In this document: positions 43,901 to 55,055 of the stretch, in pieces | How positions within the stretch are numbered: position 1 is the stretch's first letter | Layout: each line of letters opens with the position of its first letter | DNA from: Owenia fusiformis | Taxonomy: Eukaryota | Direction: 5' to 3' | Assembly (NCBI GenBank): GCA_903813345.2 | Contig: CAIIXF020000001.1 | Location: forward strand, 14,880,001 to 14,944,000 | Length of the DNA: 64,000 bases | Translations under genes and position numbers: made by a program | Notes under the pieces: model-generated | Database searches by the model: none | Told to the model about the DNA's origin: nothing | Seen by the model: only the letters and a program-made list of their open reading frames with translations

Positions 43901-44279
43901 CTTTTCCATCTTTTCCAAGACCAAATACCATGAGACGATGGTCAAACAATGTAGATTCATACTGCTTCTGAGTTCTATCATACATTGTGTACAAATATTC
44001 AAGTTCAGATTCAGAAGTACAATAGCCAACACAAATCAAGCCTAGAACTTTCCTATGGGCTTGAAAATCCCCCCAATCATTGTTATCTGGTGGGTATGCT
44101 TTCTTATAACGTAGCCATATGTTTCGAGCTTGTTCTTGAATTCTGACATGTTGTACTCTAGAGATGCGCTCATAGACTTTATTGAATGATCGTGATTTTA
44201 ATTGTGTCCCAATATGTTTAACAAGAACTAAGAGGTTCTGGTGATCTTCCACTTTCTGACTGTAATCTGGAAAACTCAT
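28936..44279 (-). CDS. TRAPPC9: Trafficking protein particle complex subunit 9 (NIBP/Trs120), 24 coding exons, ~1267 aa
   Basis: N-terminus [24 protein letters not shown] and motifs [61 protein letters not shown]. Exons: 44279-43312, 43155-43010, 42621-42484, 42139-42003, 41623-41555, 41298-41227, 40932-40734, 40314-40221, 39685-39597, 39299-39212, 38789-38629, 38315-38230, 37881-37755, 37469-37259, 36846-36761, 35914-35768, 35563-35514, 34279-34140, 33782-33675, 33092-32888, 31046-30953, 30578-30480, 29836-29715, 29103-28936. All introns are GT-AG with consistent phases; total 3804 nt. Confidence 0.93.
29971..30256. repeat. 286-bp apparently exact duplicate of 28760-29045 (TRAPPC9 last-exon 3' part plus proximal 3' UTR) inserted in an intron
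   Basis: Identical by eye from TCAACAGTCAACAATGAAC to GGCGGCCATTTTGAAGT. Sits within a ~85-bp tandem repeat spanning about 29890-30465. Confidence 0.9.
31253..31808. mobile_element. Kolobok-like MITE copy 2 (TTAA TSD, AGGGT termini)
   Basis: TTAA|AGGGTGACG...TATCGGAACCCT|TTAA. It is inserted into the right arm of an older hairpin MITE at about 31117-31823. Confidence 0.75.
32160..32847. mobile_element. TA-flanked MITE (Tc1/mariner-pogo type)
   Basis: TA|GGGGAAGTCGTCCTAT... pairs with ...TTAGGACCATTTCCCC|TA. Internal repeats of GTCCTAATTATCGCAC. Confidence 0.7.
34737..35463 (-). mobile_element. Internally deleted mariner element with C-terminal transposase remnant
   Basis: About 70-bp TIRs starting TA|CAGGGTGTCCAATAAATAAGGTGAAAG, with TA TSD. 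The minus-strand peptide [16 protein letters not shown]...LRGNKF resembles the mariner HPPYSPDLAPSDY motif. Confidence 0.88.
36290..36636 (+). repeat. Hairpin-type interspersed repeat, copy 1 (family shared with 60629-60890)
   Basis: Inverted arms around the spacer 36346-36393, followed by a unique tail that is also present at 60735-60890. Confidence 0.8.
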
Positions 44280-44564
44280 TGTGACCCTAAAAAGAACAAA
44301 TATACATTTTACAATAGAAACCAAACATATGATATAACATTTAATAAAAGTCTTAATTTTTTATACATGTATGAATTCAACTCTGGTGATCGATATTACC
44401 CAACTGCTCTTACGGTCTAAAAAGTCTACATGTAAATATTAGCTTTGGTACAAAAACATAACATAGTCCATTTCAATAGGGTTGTGACATCAACAAAACC
44501 TAAAAAAAAAAGCAATCAAAAGACCAATTTGCAATATTATATAAAAATTAGTGGTCAGACTCGC

Positions 44565-44940
44565 CTGAAAATCTCCAATCGAGTGGGCCATGAAAAACCA
44601 TGATTATATTCGCGATTTGACTTAGTTGAGTTACTTCCGGTTTCAGTTTCCCAAGTAGCGGCAGATTCATCAATTTGATCAAGTCTTTCAAGTGCCTCTA
44701 TACTTTTTATTGTCTAAATCGTATTGCACATCCCTATTCCCGGCTGTTGGATATTGCATCAAACCGGAAATGAAACTTTTGCATAAAAATAACGAACCCA
44801 GAATAAAATCCAAGTATGTTTGTCTTCCGCACATGGCATTAAATAGAAAATAAGTTGTATTCTTTACAAATTAAGCAGAACATTACAACTATAAGCATGG
44901 AAATTGCGAATAGGAGAGACGAATCTCGACTCAAGGTAAG
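44565..44940. promoter_or_regulatory. Candidate divergent promoter / first non-coding exons between TRAPPC9 and SNRNP48
   Basis: ETS-type ACTTCCGG at 44633-44640 and CCGGAAAT at 44764-44771. Minus-strand GC-type donor CAG|GCGAGT at 44564. Plus-strand donor AAG|GTAAG at 44936. The first coding exons of both genes are preceded by splice acceptors (44287-44288 and 47976-47977). Confidence 0.4.
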
Positions 44941-47174
44941 GTGAAAAATATTTTTTTGGTAAAAATTTCAAATCGTGAGTAAATTAGGGCATTTCAGCCA
45001 TGTTAATTTTTTCCATAACATGGCAGAGAAGTATCAACATAAGAGGCCACACATAGCCAGACAGGCCCCAAGCAATCTACGATATACAAATGTTTTACAA
45101 ATAAGATATGAATAATACAGTTTATTGTACTGTAGTCTTTTAATTGCTTATTTTTTAGGTTCAATTGATGTCACAACTGAACTAAATTAGACTGTAATTA
45201 TGCTGCTTGAGATCGCCACATTTAAAATGTGGTGTACTCTAAAAAGCTTCAACTCATGGTGACTAATCATTTTGAATATTATTTAAAAATATTTGTGAGG
45301 AAAGTAAGTGTATCCGAATCGAAACATGAGCAATGTCAAAAGTGATTATACAGTGTAACACACTGTTTCATCTGGTATTACGATAAATGGGTCTGCCATA
45401 TTGAAATACATCTAAATAGTTGAACTTTATCTCGCTTTTGGAAAACATCTGAAGGTGGCATCAACAAATGGAGACAAGGCATCATAATGCAAATTGTCAA
45501 CAGCTGTCATTCGTTTCAGACGCTGAATGATGAACACCCAACCTGACACTAAATGTCACCACAACATTCTTAATGAAACTAAAACCCGGGACTTAACTCT
45601 CAAATAACAATGAATAGCAACCTATAGACGAGCAAAAGTGAGAATCAACAAATGCAAAAACGGCGGGAGACATGATGCAAGGCTGGAATACAGAGACAGC
45701 CTTGGAAGAAGTACACTGTACCCCCATAAATGTGTGCTCGGTTTGCGCTTTTTACTTCTGAAGGTAATGTGCAGTAAAAAACAGTATATCCTATGTATAT
45801 CGTATAAACCGATACTTGTCACTCAGCTAAGACGAATCGATGCCTTTAAAGCTAACTTAGATTTATAAAAGTTCTGACCTTTTCTAAAAAATCTGAAAAA
45901 TAAAAATACATGCACGGTAGAAAAATAACATTTTCATTCATATTCTGAGAAGCAAATCTACCATCGCTCAACAATAGTTTAGCACATATACCAACGGTTT
46001 ATAATGAGTATACATCCAAATGCATCGTTTACTTACAATAAGCAAATTCGTCGAATATTTACCCAAGAAATTCACCAACCAACTTCCGCCATTTTTGTTT
46101 TTAATCTAAGGTCACGTGACTGAAAAAAGATTAAATCAAAGATTTCATAACGGTTCGTGTCATTCATTGAAGCATATGATAATATGAGTGTAGAACGAGA
46201 GATAAATCTACAGAAAGTTGTAAAGTTTGTAATTTTTGGTATTTCTTCAAGCCACAATTCTTTTTTTTCAATCGTGTAATTTTTTTTCTAACGAGCTGCA
46301 GCCATCTTTCTTTCTGAAATTTGGTAAGCAAATGGGTTTGTATTTTTCCAACTTTATGTCAACTTTACGTACTTCGGGGGTGGTTGAAACGTGTAGAATA
46401 GTTACCATTGACTGTTCGTAAAAGGTGATGCTACAGTGTACACATCTTAGCATTAGACTCTTGGCCTAGCAATCTGATTTTTAATTTTTTATTGAAAATT
46501 CAATATGAGCTCTTGTTGAATGCATAGGAGACAGGTTACCTGAAAAGAAAGATAGATATTATCTCTTATCTAAACAAGGACTGTCAGTGAGGCAAGCCTA
46601 CCCTGGCTGAAATCAGCTCTGAAATAACAATTACTGCATGTCAAGCCGTCATTCAATGCTGATTTTGTAGAAAACAGATCTGTCCATCCTTCTACATGTG
46701 AGTTTTTCCCATAAAGATGCTTGATTAGTATAAATTCATCAAATTATACCCCTAGAATATCAAATTTCAACTGTACATCAACTGCGTGAGGAAAATAAAC
46801 AAATCCATTCTTCACCTACTATTCACAAACGGTGACAAACCCCTTGGAAAAGTTGTCCCTCATTTGACTAACAGCAAATGTGTATGTTTATGCAGCAATA
46901 TACATGTATGTTAGTTTAGAAAATGATTAATTACAATCTTACCTGTACTTCACAGAAACATCCTAAGTATGAAAATATTTAACTTAACTGTCTCCTATGG
47001 TTGAATGTAGGCCGATGAATAAAACCTAAAAAATAAGAGATTCAGAAAATCACAATCATTAGTCCCCACCTCGTTATAAAGACGTAATGTATTTATAGCA
47101 AAATGGAAGAAATTCCATTGGAGGATTTCTTTTTCATCAATTTCTCCAAGAAGTAGGTCGAGTTGTATCCACTA

Positions 47175-47830
47175 GAGTAGATTTCATGGCCTGACTGCGT
47201 CAGTAGAACTTGAAAAATAAGATTTACCTGAAGATTAGGAGTCTTACTTACCCTCTAGAGGTTAGAAGACACATTTCAATGAAACCCTATCACCTTTATT
47301 GCATCAACTTAGAGCATTTAGCACAATATCCAAGAGGTAAATTATGGACCGTGAAAATGAATGATTTCCTAGTAAGTTCCGGAAGTTTCAGTACGATAAA
47401 TTACCGAACATTTGTGAAAATTGAATCTTTGTTCGTTTATTTTATAATTTACACGTGCGTGTATTCTTCCACACTTTGGTCTAAATTATAAAGCATCACG
47501 AACAGGTCCTAGTGTATTAATAGACTAATACAGCATTCATACTTTCCGCGCAGCATTTCATTCAGACCAATAGTTCAACTGTAGATCATGTAGTTTTTTC
47601 TATCTTAGAACAGGCCATCCTCTGCCCTGTCCTAAACTCGTCTGCAAAAGACCACAAAACATTCTTTTCTAATATTTTAATTATTTTTACATCAGACATG
47701 GTTGGATGACATGTCACAAAATTAAAGTTCAAGGTCAATACATTATTTCGTGATAGAGGCAACGCCGTCCCAAAAGTAAACACGAGGAAAATGGAAAAGT
47801 CCAAAAAGCATTAACACATGAAATCTACTC
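47175..47830. mobile_element. TA-flanked MITE
   Basis: TA|GAGTAGATTTCATG ... CATGAAATCTACTC|TA, a perfect terminal inverted repeat. Confidence 0.55.
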
Positions 47831-48009
47831 TAATACACTGTACTTCACCTGTATGTTAATGGTAACATCCAGTTACTGAAAAGTTAGCCAGGCACGAGAA
47901 TATTTTTCCGGCAGCTCCAATAATCAAGTGAGAATCCTCACTTCAGCAACCAGGTCGTTCAGGATATATATTTTCAGGATTTCTTCATGTGTCGTTGAAC
48001 TGGTAGACT

Positions 48010-51000
48010 ATGACATCTGAAGACAAGGCAGAGTTACTAACTCAACTGCATGATTTCATATCTGCTGCAGAAGGCCAGCTGAGTCAAATACTTCACAGGG
48101 TAGGATGGGATAAAGAAACAACGTTCAAATCAAAGGTGAAGATAAACAAATTGAGTTAAGGCATTTTAATGATATAAACAAGTTTAACATAAATGTACAT
48201 ATACGAGGGTTGTCCCAGAAGTAATGCACTATATTCTCTAACTTCCTTTAATATGCTTCAATTCAGCTGAAATTTTGTGTATATTACAATTGAAGTTTTA
48301 TCTAGTATATCCTGAAGTTTCAGCATCAAACATTAATATTAAGTCTTAATATGGTTGCTATAGCAACATGGGGGTAGGGGCCGGCGGGGCAGGTACCAAC
48401 TTTTCTAATTATGAAAAGATCCAAAGTGTTATTTTATTAATATTTCTTTCTTTTAAATGATCAAAATGATTGGGAAATTGTTAAATTTATTCAGCTTGAT
48501 GTTAACCAAGTACAAATAATGACATTTAGCACTGTGATGTCATAATACCACAGTTCAATAGTCACAAATTCAAATACAGTCACGGTCAAGAAATTGCAAA
48601 AATGGCTGCGATTCTCATCTGATAACAGAAGGCCTTGCGTTTGGTGACATACATTGTAATTTCATACTTCACTTGGACTCACAGCCACACAAAACTTATG
48701 CTACCATGAAGAAATTATATAAGGAGTATATACCAGATAGAACTACAATTATGAGGTGGCAGAAGAGATGACTGGACCCAGGATAACAACTCAAATCATG
48801 GGAGGCAAAAACTCCACAAATCACAGTGGAAGAAATTGCCAAGAGTGTTTGACCTGACAGGCATCAAAAGTACATAACATGCAAAGGGCAATATTTTGAG
48901 AAAATGTGAAATGGGACGCTGTGCAATATACATTGATTTAAATCTAGGATGTGCTCATAGTAATTTAGTATCTTATAATGTAATTTTGAGCATACATCTT
49001 ATAGCTACACAAAATGGTATTTGTTGATTAATTATTTCATATTTTCAATTTTTTATTCCTTTTGACGTGACTGTATAACCTGCCCCACCCTACCCAAACA
49101 CACCAACTTAATTTTATTATAACATCAATATAGTTTTATAAGTCAACATGAAAATTTGTAGAATAATCAAAATGTCTCTAAGGAACATTTACTGAAAATT
49201 TCATGGAAAAATATCAATTATTGATAAAGTTAGAGCATATAGTGCATTACTTCTGGGACAACCCTCGTATATGTACTTCTCAGTAAATAGTCTTCTTAAC
49301 CGTAGGCTTTTATATTTTCACATGCCTTTAAGTTCAGTATGTGATATAATTAAGATTATTGGTTTCTTTTTTAATTTTATCACTTTTCAATATTCATTTT
49401 CAGTGAGCAATAGGAAATGTAGGAGTACAGTGTTTAGCCTTATACTGTATATGCATGGGAAGTCAGATTATAGTTTCAGAAATTCAAGAGAAACAGTAAT
49501 ATGATACTTTTAGGGTACAGAGCTGGTAGAATGTCCATATGATGCCTCACACAAGATGCCAGAGTGTTCTTTGAAGAGACACACTCAGACTTGCAAGCTG
49601 TTGAAAGAGGGCTGTAACAAGACAGATCTGGTATGGTAATTTTATATGAATTAAATGGAAATGAACATTAGCTAATTCAGGCTACATCTGTGGCACCTAT
49701 ATATTTGAAATTTTGTTAATAGGTTTGCTGTCAGTTAAAGTCCCTATCACTTGTGAATGGGAAAAATCATGAGAAATGGTCATATTTTGGCCTACTTGAT
49801 AGTACTTTGATCAGAATAGTGAAAATGTGATTTTTGGAGAACACTGATCTCATACTCATTTATTATATCACCATCAAGAAGTGGTGACATATTGTTATGG
49901 TGTCCGTTTTTTGTGGCGCGGGTGGTGGTTGGCAATCGGCGGTTGGCGGTTGGCATCTGTAACAAATTCTTAAAACTTCCAATAAATTAACAAATACTGT
50001 TTAGACTGACTTCAATTTTTTACAGTTAGTTAGTTAAATATTTATTATAGTGTCACAGGCTATACAATATATGAGAAATATGATTTGCAAAACAGGCAAT
50101 AGCCCCCAGCCGTCTCCGGCTTATGAGACACTTTATATCAATGAATTTACTGTGATTGTTGCAATTTCTTTGTTCGATTCAGTTCATTGATTGTCCAGTT
50201 TCGATATGATTAAATGGTGAGTCGTATGTTATTAGTTTTAATATCAAACTAATTACTGTGTACAAATCATTTACAAGTTTTCAGAAGTTCAAATCAGATT
50301 TAACATTTTAGATTTGACCTTCAGTGACCTTTTCAAGGTCAAAGAAATGTCAAAAGGTCTTTTTTCAACTTGCTTCAAATTGACCAAAATGTTTTTCAAA
50401 ATCATCTTCAAGTTATCAGAAGTTCAAATCTGACTTAAGATTTAAGATTTGACCTTCAATGACCCTTTCAAGGTCAAAGAAATGTCAAAAAGGTCTTTTT
50501 TCAACTTGCTTCAAATTTACCAATTTTTGATTTGAGATTTCACCTCCAATGACCTTCTCAAGGCCAAAGAAAGGTCAAAAAATATTTTTCAATTTGCTTC
50601 AAATTGACCAATTTTTTGTACAAATTCTCAAGAGTTCAAATTTGACTATAGATTTGACCTTCAATGTCATTCTCAAGGTCAAAAAGGTCTTTTTTCAACT
50701 TGCTGCAAATTGACCAATTTTTTCAAAATCATCTACAGAGTTCTCAGAAATTCAAATCTGACTTAGGATTGGACTAATAATATTGTGAGCAACTAGGTGG
50801 TGACATTTTGTCATGTTATGCCTTGTTCATGGTTACTGTTGTCAATTTTTACATAACAATGAGAATGATGTCACAGAACAGAAAACCAATTATTGATAAA
50901 AATCTTATGGGTATGTGTAATGTTTACCTAAATTTTTGTAAATGGTATGTTTGTTTTATTGTAGGATGTTGCTTTGTCCACCTCAGTGGATTTTTATGGA

Positions 51001-54000
51001 AAAGCCAGTAATGTTCACACTGTACATATAGGTGAGTACTTTTAGACATTGTGCTCTTGTTCCTTTTAAAAGATCTATTCTTGATACAATTGTAATACAA
51101 GACAATACAGTACCTGAAGTGAAGACTATTTTGTTCTAATTTAGAACATCAACAGAACATAAGAATAACTGAAAACATAATTGAGATTTTAGGAAGTTTT
51201 TTCTTATAACATGATGCATTTCTTATAAAAGAAGTATATATTAAAGTATTAATGAACAGTATTTTACATGTCCAATTAAACTGTAAAATGCTTTCAGATG
51301 GAGAGACCCAGGCATCCATAATCAGAGAGTCAGAATGGATACATGGAACGACAGGTAGCTCATCTTTATAAAAACTACTCTATGAAATAAATCACGCAAG
51401 ATTGATCATTCTTGAAAGTAGGAGATAAATCAATCAGTTTTCCCATTGAATTTTTAGTATTAGATTAAACTACAGTTTGGACCATAAACAAATGAGTCAT
51501 GGATTTGCTAAAGTGAGGATTTCCCAAGTTAGAAATAAGAGAAATTTTAAAAGGCCATACATCAGTGGATGAGAATATACCAAATGTAAAATATACAAAT
51601 TTTAGAGGATAGGGCATGTATCCTGACAATATTGGAGACTATGGGCTTTTAAACCACCATGGTTTGGAAATGGTGATAGAAAATCGTCCACTCATTTATT
51701 TATGGTCCAAACTATGTATATATAAAACACATTACAAATTGATGTTTATTTTATTGACTTGTTTCTCTTTCAGGGTAAGCACATACATGGGAGAAGTGCC
51801 CAAGAATGTACTTGTACTTGTATCCTATATATAAAATATCCTTTATTCAACAATTTGTTCTTGTTCACTATTTATTTATTTCTAATTTATTATAAGAATG
51901 AACATTGAATAGGTGGCCACTGGTGGCACAGATTGTGTATATTCCTTATTGATAATGTATCAAAAATGGGATGGTACCGATAGGGATCTATTCGTGTGTT
52001 AATCTCCCATTACTTCACATGGGTTGGAGCAAATTGTTGAGTCTGGTACTTGGCCATTTACCTAGTATCTTCCTAGTATGTAATATCTTATTTAATAAGT
52101 ATGCAAACACACTATATTCTAACCTTAAAAAAGTTTGAACTCTCTTTCCTGAAAAATTTCAAATCATGGTTGGTGAAATTCAATTGTCTTTTACAATATT
52201 GCCTTTTAAAGATGTCCACATCTTATATACAGTACTTTTGAATGGCTCACTAACAATTAAATGATAAAGTCTCTATGGTTCTATATTTAGGTGCAACAGC
52301 TGATGGTACACTTAAACCTGTTCCCCATAGCGCAGAGCAGGCCACAATAGAACTGACTAGAAGCCAACGTCTGGCCATGTATGACTATGTGGTCAACCAG
52401 GCCAAGGGTGCAAGAAAGACAACTAGCTGTTCAAATGAAGAACTGATGTTCTTAAAAGAGGAAGATGTAGGTAAGGAATCAGTTTAAGTAGTTAGTCTTA
52501 TTCATTGATTTAATTTCCAACATTTCATGATTGGCAGTTTGTAAAAGTTTCATATTATAATTGCATTTCTTCTTCCTTTCTTTTTGGAACAAATGTAATT
52601 GTGATAAGACCCAGTTTGTCTTTTTTAAATAACCCTGTCTAATCTGATCTGAACACTTATATGGTGTTGAAATTAGCAGCTATTCACATACAAGTTTCTT
52701 AATAAAGTATGTGAGTCAATGGGAGACATCAAAATCGGGTATCAAAATCTGAAGGGTATGTAGGCAAATCCATTTTGGTAGGAGCACTCTGTTTAGTTTG
52801 AAAACTCACCCTTTATTATTTTGTATCAGCACTATAGTCTGCAACTTTTTTGTTGACAGAGGTCTGCATATGGCAGTCGATGTCTGTAACAAATGGTAGG
52901 TAGTGCCATTTTGCATGTCAATGCCTTGTTTATGTTCTTAGTGCTAAATGTTTTGTTATGTTTCTAGCTAAACCCAGTGGCTCCCTGTCTTACAAAGAAC
53001 AAGAGGCAGCTATGAGAGATTTCAAAAGAAGAAGACAATCATATCGTGCCAAGAATGTCCACACAACTGGAAAGTCTCACACTGAAGTAAGTCCAGTCAT
53101 ACAATACTCCTTGTAGAACTCTGCATGTTCATGTCTTGTAAATATATATTTGTTTCCATTGCACATCTAGAATTTTCTACGACAGACTGGCGTTACTCTC
53201 TGGGTTACCATATTTGGTGATTTCCTGTAAACATGCGCCATGCTCAAGTTCTTTCTAAATTCTCCATACACAAATTAAAATGAATATCTGGGATGAAAAG
53301 AAAATTCAATATTTTTTCTAGATGGAGGTCATAATGTCAAGGTTCCTGGTCAAACATGGTTATTCAATTCAAGTTTTCCTGGACCTGAAAATGTTTGAAA
53401 GAGTTATTTTGTAATACTTTTCAAACAAATCAAAAATATATTTCCCCAATAAATAATACAATAAAAGACAGAATGGCAGTGTTCATCCAAATTTAGAACA
53501 AGCTATGGTAAAGAAGTATAAACACTCCGGACAAATAAACTGGAATTCAACTTTAATTTTTTTCAAAAATCCCAAAGCTATTTACATTATTGCATCATTT
53601 AATTGAGGATTCTATGTATGTCTGTAGAACATGCTGTGCTCAATATTTAAAACAAGAATATTTTCTTTGTTTAGATTTTACGTGAGGTTATTTCAAGTCA
53701 GTGTGAGGTCTTGGATAAAATTTGGAATAAAAAGGTAAAGAAAGAGCCGGATGATGGACCATGGACCCAACAGAGGGACCATGTAAAGGAAGAACCTAGG
53801 ACTTCCTCTAGGCACCAGAAGAGGGATCACCGATCAAGGGAAAGAACTAGAAATATGTCGCCAGAGCGAGCTCAGAGAAGGAGGTAAATTTTCTAATTTT
53901 GAGAGGGGAGTGGGTTTCGTTTATGGAACAAAAATTAGTGTATTTAGTACAAATAGTAAATTATTTCATTACTTGGACAGTCCACCTCTCTATCCTCATT

Positions 54001-54547
54001 TGCATTTTGTAATTTGAAAGAGAAACTATTTCCACCTCATTGTTGATTTAGTATTTTCGAAATGTTGTTTTGCAGATCCAGATCAAAGTCCAAGAAAAGG
54101 CACAGAAGAAGAAGTCATAGCAGGTTTGAAAATTTTAGCCTTGGTTTCTATTCAGTATATCCTTCATCCAGTGTATGGACACTTTGAAGTGAGAGCACGG
54201 GGGCTTTGAGTCATAAAAAAATTAATTACATTTCTTATGGGCGTTGATTCACATGCACGGTTCCTGTTTTGAATGATTGCCTCATTGATGTTCTGAATTA
54301 TATCATAAAAAATGAAAAAACTATAGAGAAATGGCTGAATGGTCTGAATATCAGTTTTCTAGTTTATCTGAACCATGCAATCATTTAGATAGAACTGAGA
54401 TCTGTGGCATATTCATATCCAACTATGTGGACATAAATAATATTTTCAATTTACAGATACAGTGAGGATTCAGATGAGGAACACCATAGAAGAGACCGCC
54501 ATAAGTCCAAAAAACACAAGCACAAATCCCGTAGAGATAGAGATTAG
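48010..54547 (+). CDS. SNRNP48: U11/U12 small nuclear ribonucleoprotein 48 kDa protein, 9 coding exons, ~337 aa
   Basis: CHHC zinc finger ECPYDASHKMPECSLKRHTQTC, motifs LTRSQRLAMYDYVV and RDFKRRRQSYRAKNVH, and an RS/basic tail. Exons: 48010-48135, 49514-49630, 50965-51031, 51298-51354, 52291-52470, 52968-53086, 53675-53883, 54076-54123, 54457-54547. Total 1014 nt with consistent phases. Confidence 0.93.
48204..49267 (+). mobile_element. Degenerate mariner element in SNRNP48 intron 1
   Basis: TIR TA|CGAGGGTTGTCCCAGAAGTAATGCACTATAT pairs with ATATAGTGCATTACTTCTGGGACAACCCTCG|TA. Internal HTH-like remnant TYATMKKLYKEYIPDRTTIMRWQKR near 48695-48770. Confidence 0.85.
49865..50830 (+). mobile_element. 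Helentron-associated (HINE-like) non-autonomous element with an internal ~140-bp tandem array
   Basis: 5' TCACCA..GTGGTGACAT hairpin, GGCGGTT microsatellite, about 4 tandem units at 50270-50770 and 3' end GGTGGTGACATTTTGTCATGTTATGCCTTGTT. Shorter relatives lie near 31855-31960, 33925-34045, 40040-40190 (minus strand) and 52875-52932. Confidence 0.55.
51758..51844 (+). promoter_or_regulatory. USSE-like splicing element (tandem U12 5' splice-site motifs) with an upstream alternative 3' splice site and poison micro-exon
   Basis: CTTGTTTCTCTTTCAG|G|GTAAGC at 51758-51780, then GTATCCTAT (51820-51828) and ATATCCTTT (51836-51844), in the intron after coding exon 4 of SNRNP48. Confidence 0.85.
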
Positions 54548-55049
54548 TATATGAAATGACACACAAAGTCAGTCACTTGAAGACATGTGGAGGGCGAATC
54601 TTACGAGCAGTTGTTATGGATACCAAAAACTGTGTATAGACCAGTCAACAGTGGTGTAAAATCATAGTAAACAGTGATTTTAAGTCATCTAGAAATGTTA
54701 GTCACATAAAAACTTTAGATGATATAATTTCACTAGGAGACTGGTGATGTTAAGTCACCATGAAATATGAAGTCATATAGAGATGTCAGTGTTAAAAACA
54801 TTAATGATGTCATTTCACACTTGAACCAGGGATGTCACATCATAGTAATTGTGTAATCAGGTATTCAAGTCATATGGATGACAGATTGAATGTAAGACCT
54901 ACATGTATTTCAAATTAAACAAGTTCTATAAAGTGAGCAACAGTTATTATTGTATTTTATTTTCACATATAATATTGATAACAATAGTGTCATTGGTGCT
55001 GAGATTTGCAAATTTGTTAAATTACAATGACAAATTACAATAAGTATAC

Positions 55050-55055
55050 AATAAA
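55050..55055 (+). terminator. Candidate polyadenylation signal of SNRNP48
   Basis: AATAAA about 500 nt after the stop, followed by TG/T-rich sequence at 55078-55102. Confidence 0.45.

Noticed and set aside
46500-47300. Minus-strand splice-like signals suggesting a small gene or snoRNA host between TRAPPC9 and SNRNP48
   Set aside because: No coherent ORF and no convincing C/D or H/ACA structure; partly overlaps a MITE.
51616-51834. 72-aa ORF in SNRNP48 intron 4
   Set aside because: A chance ORF across the USSE region with no homology.
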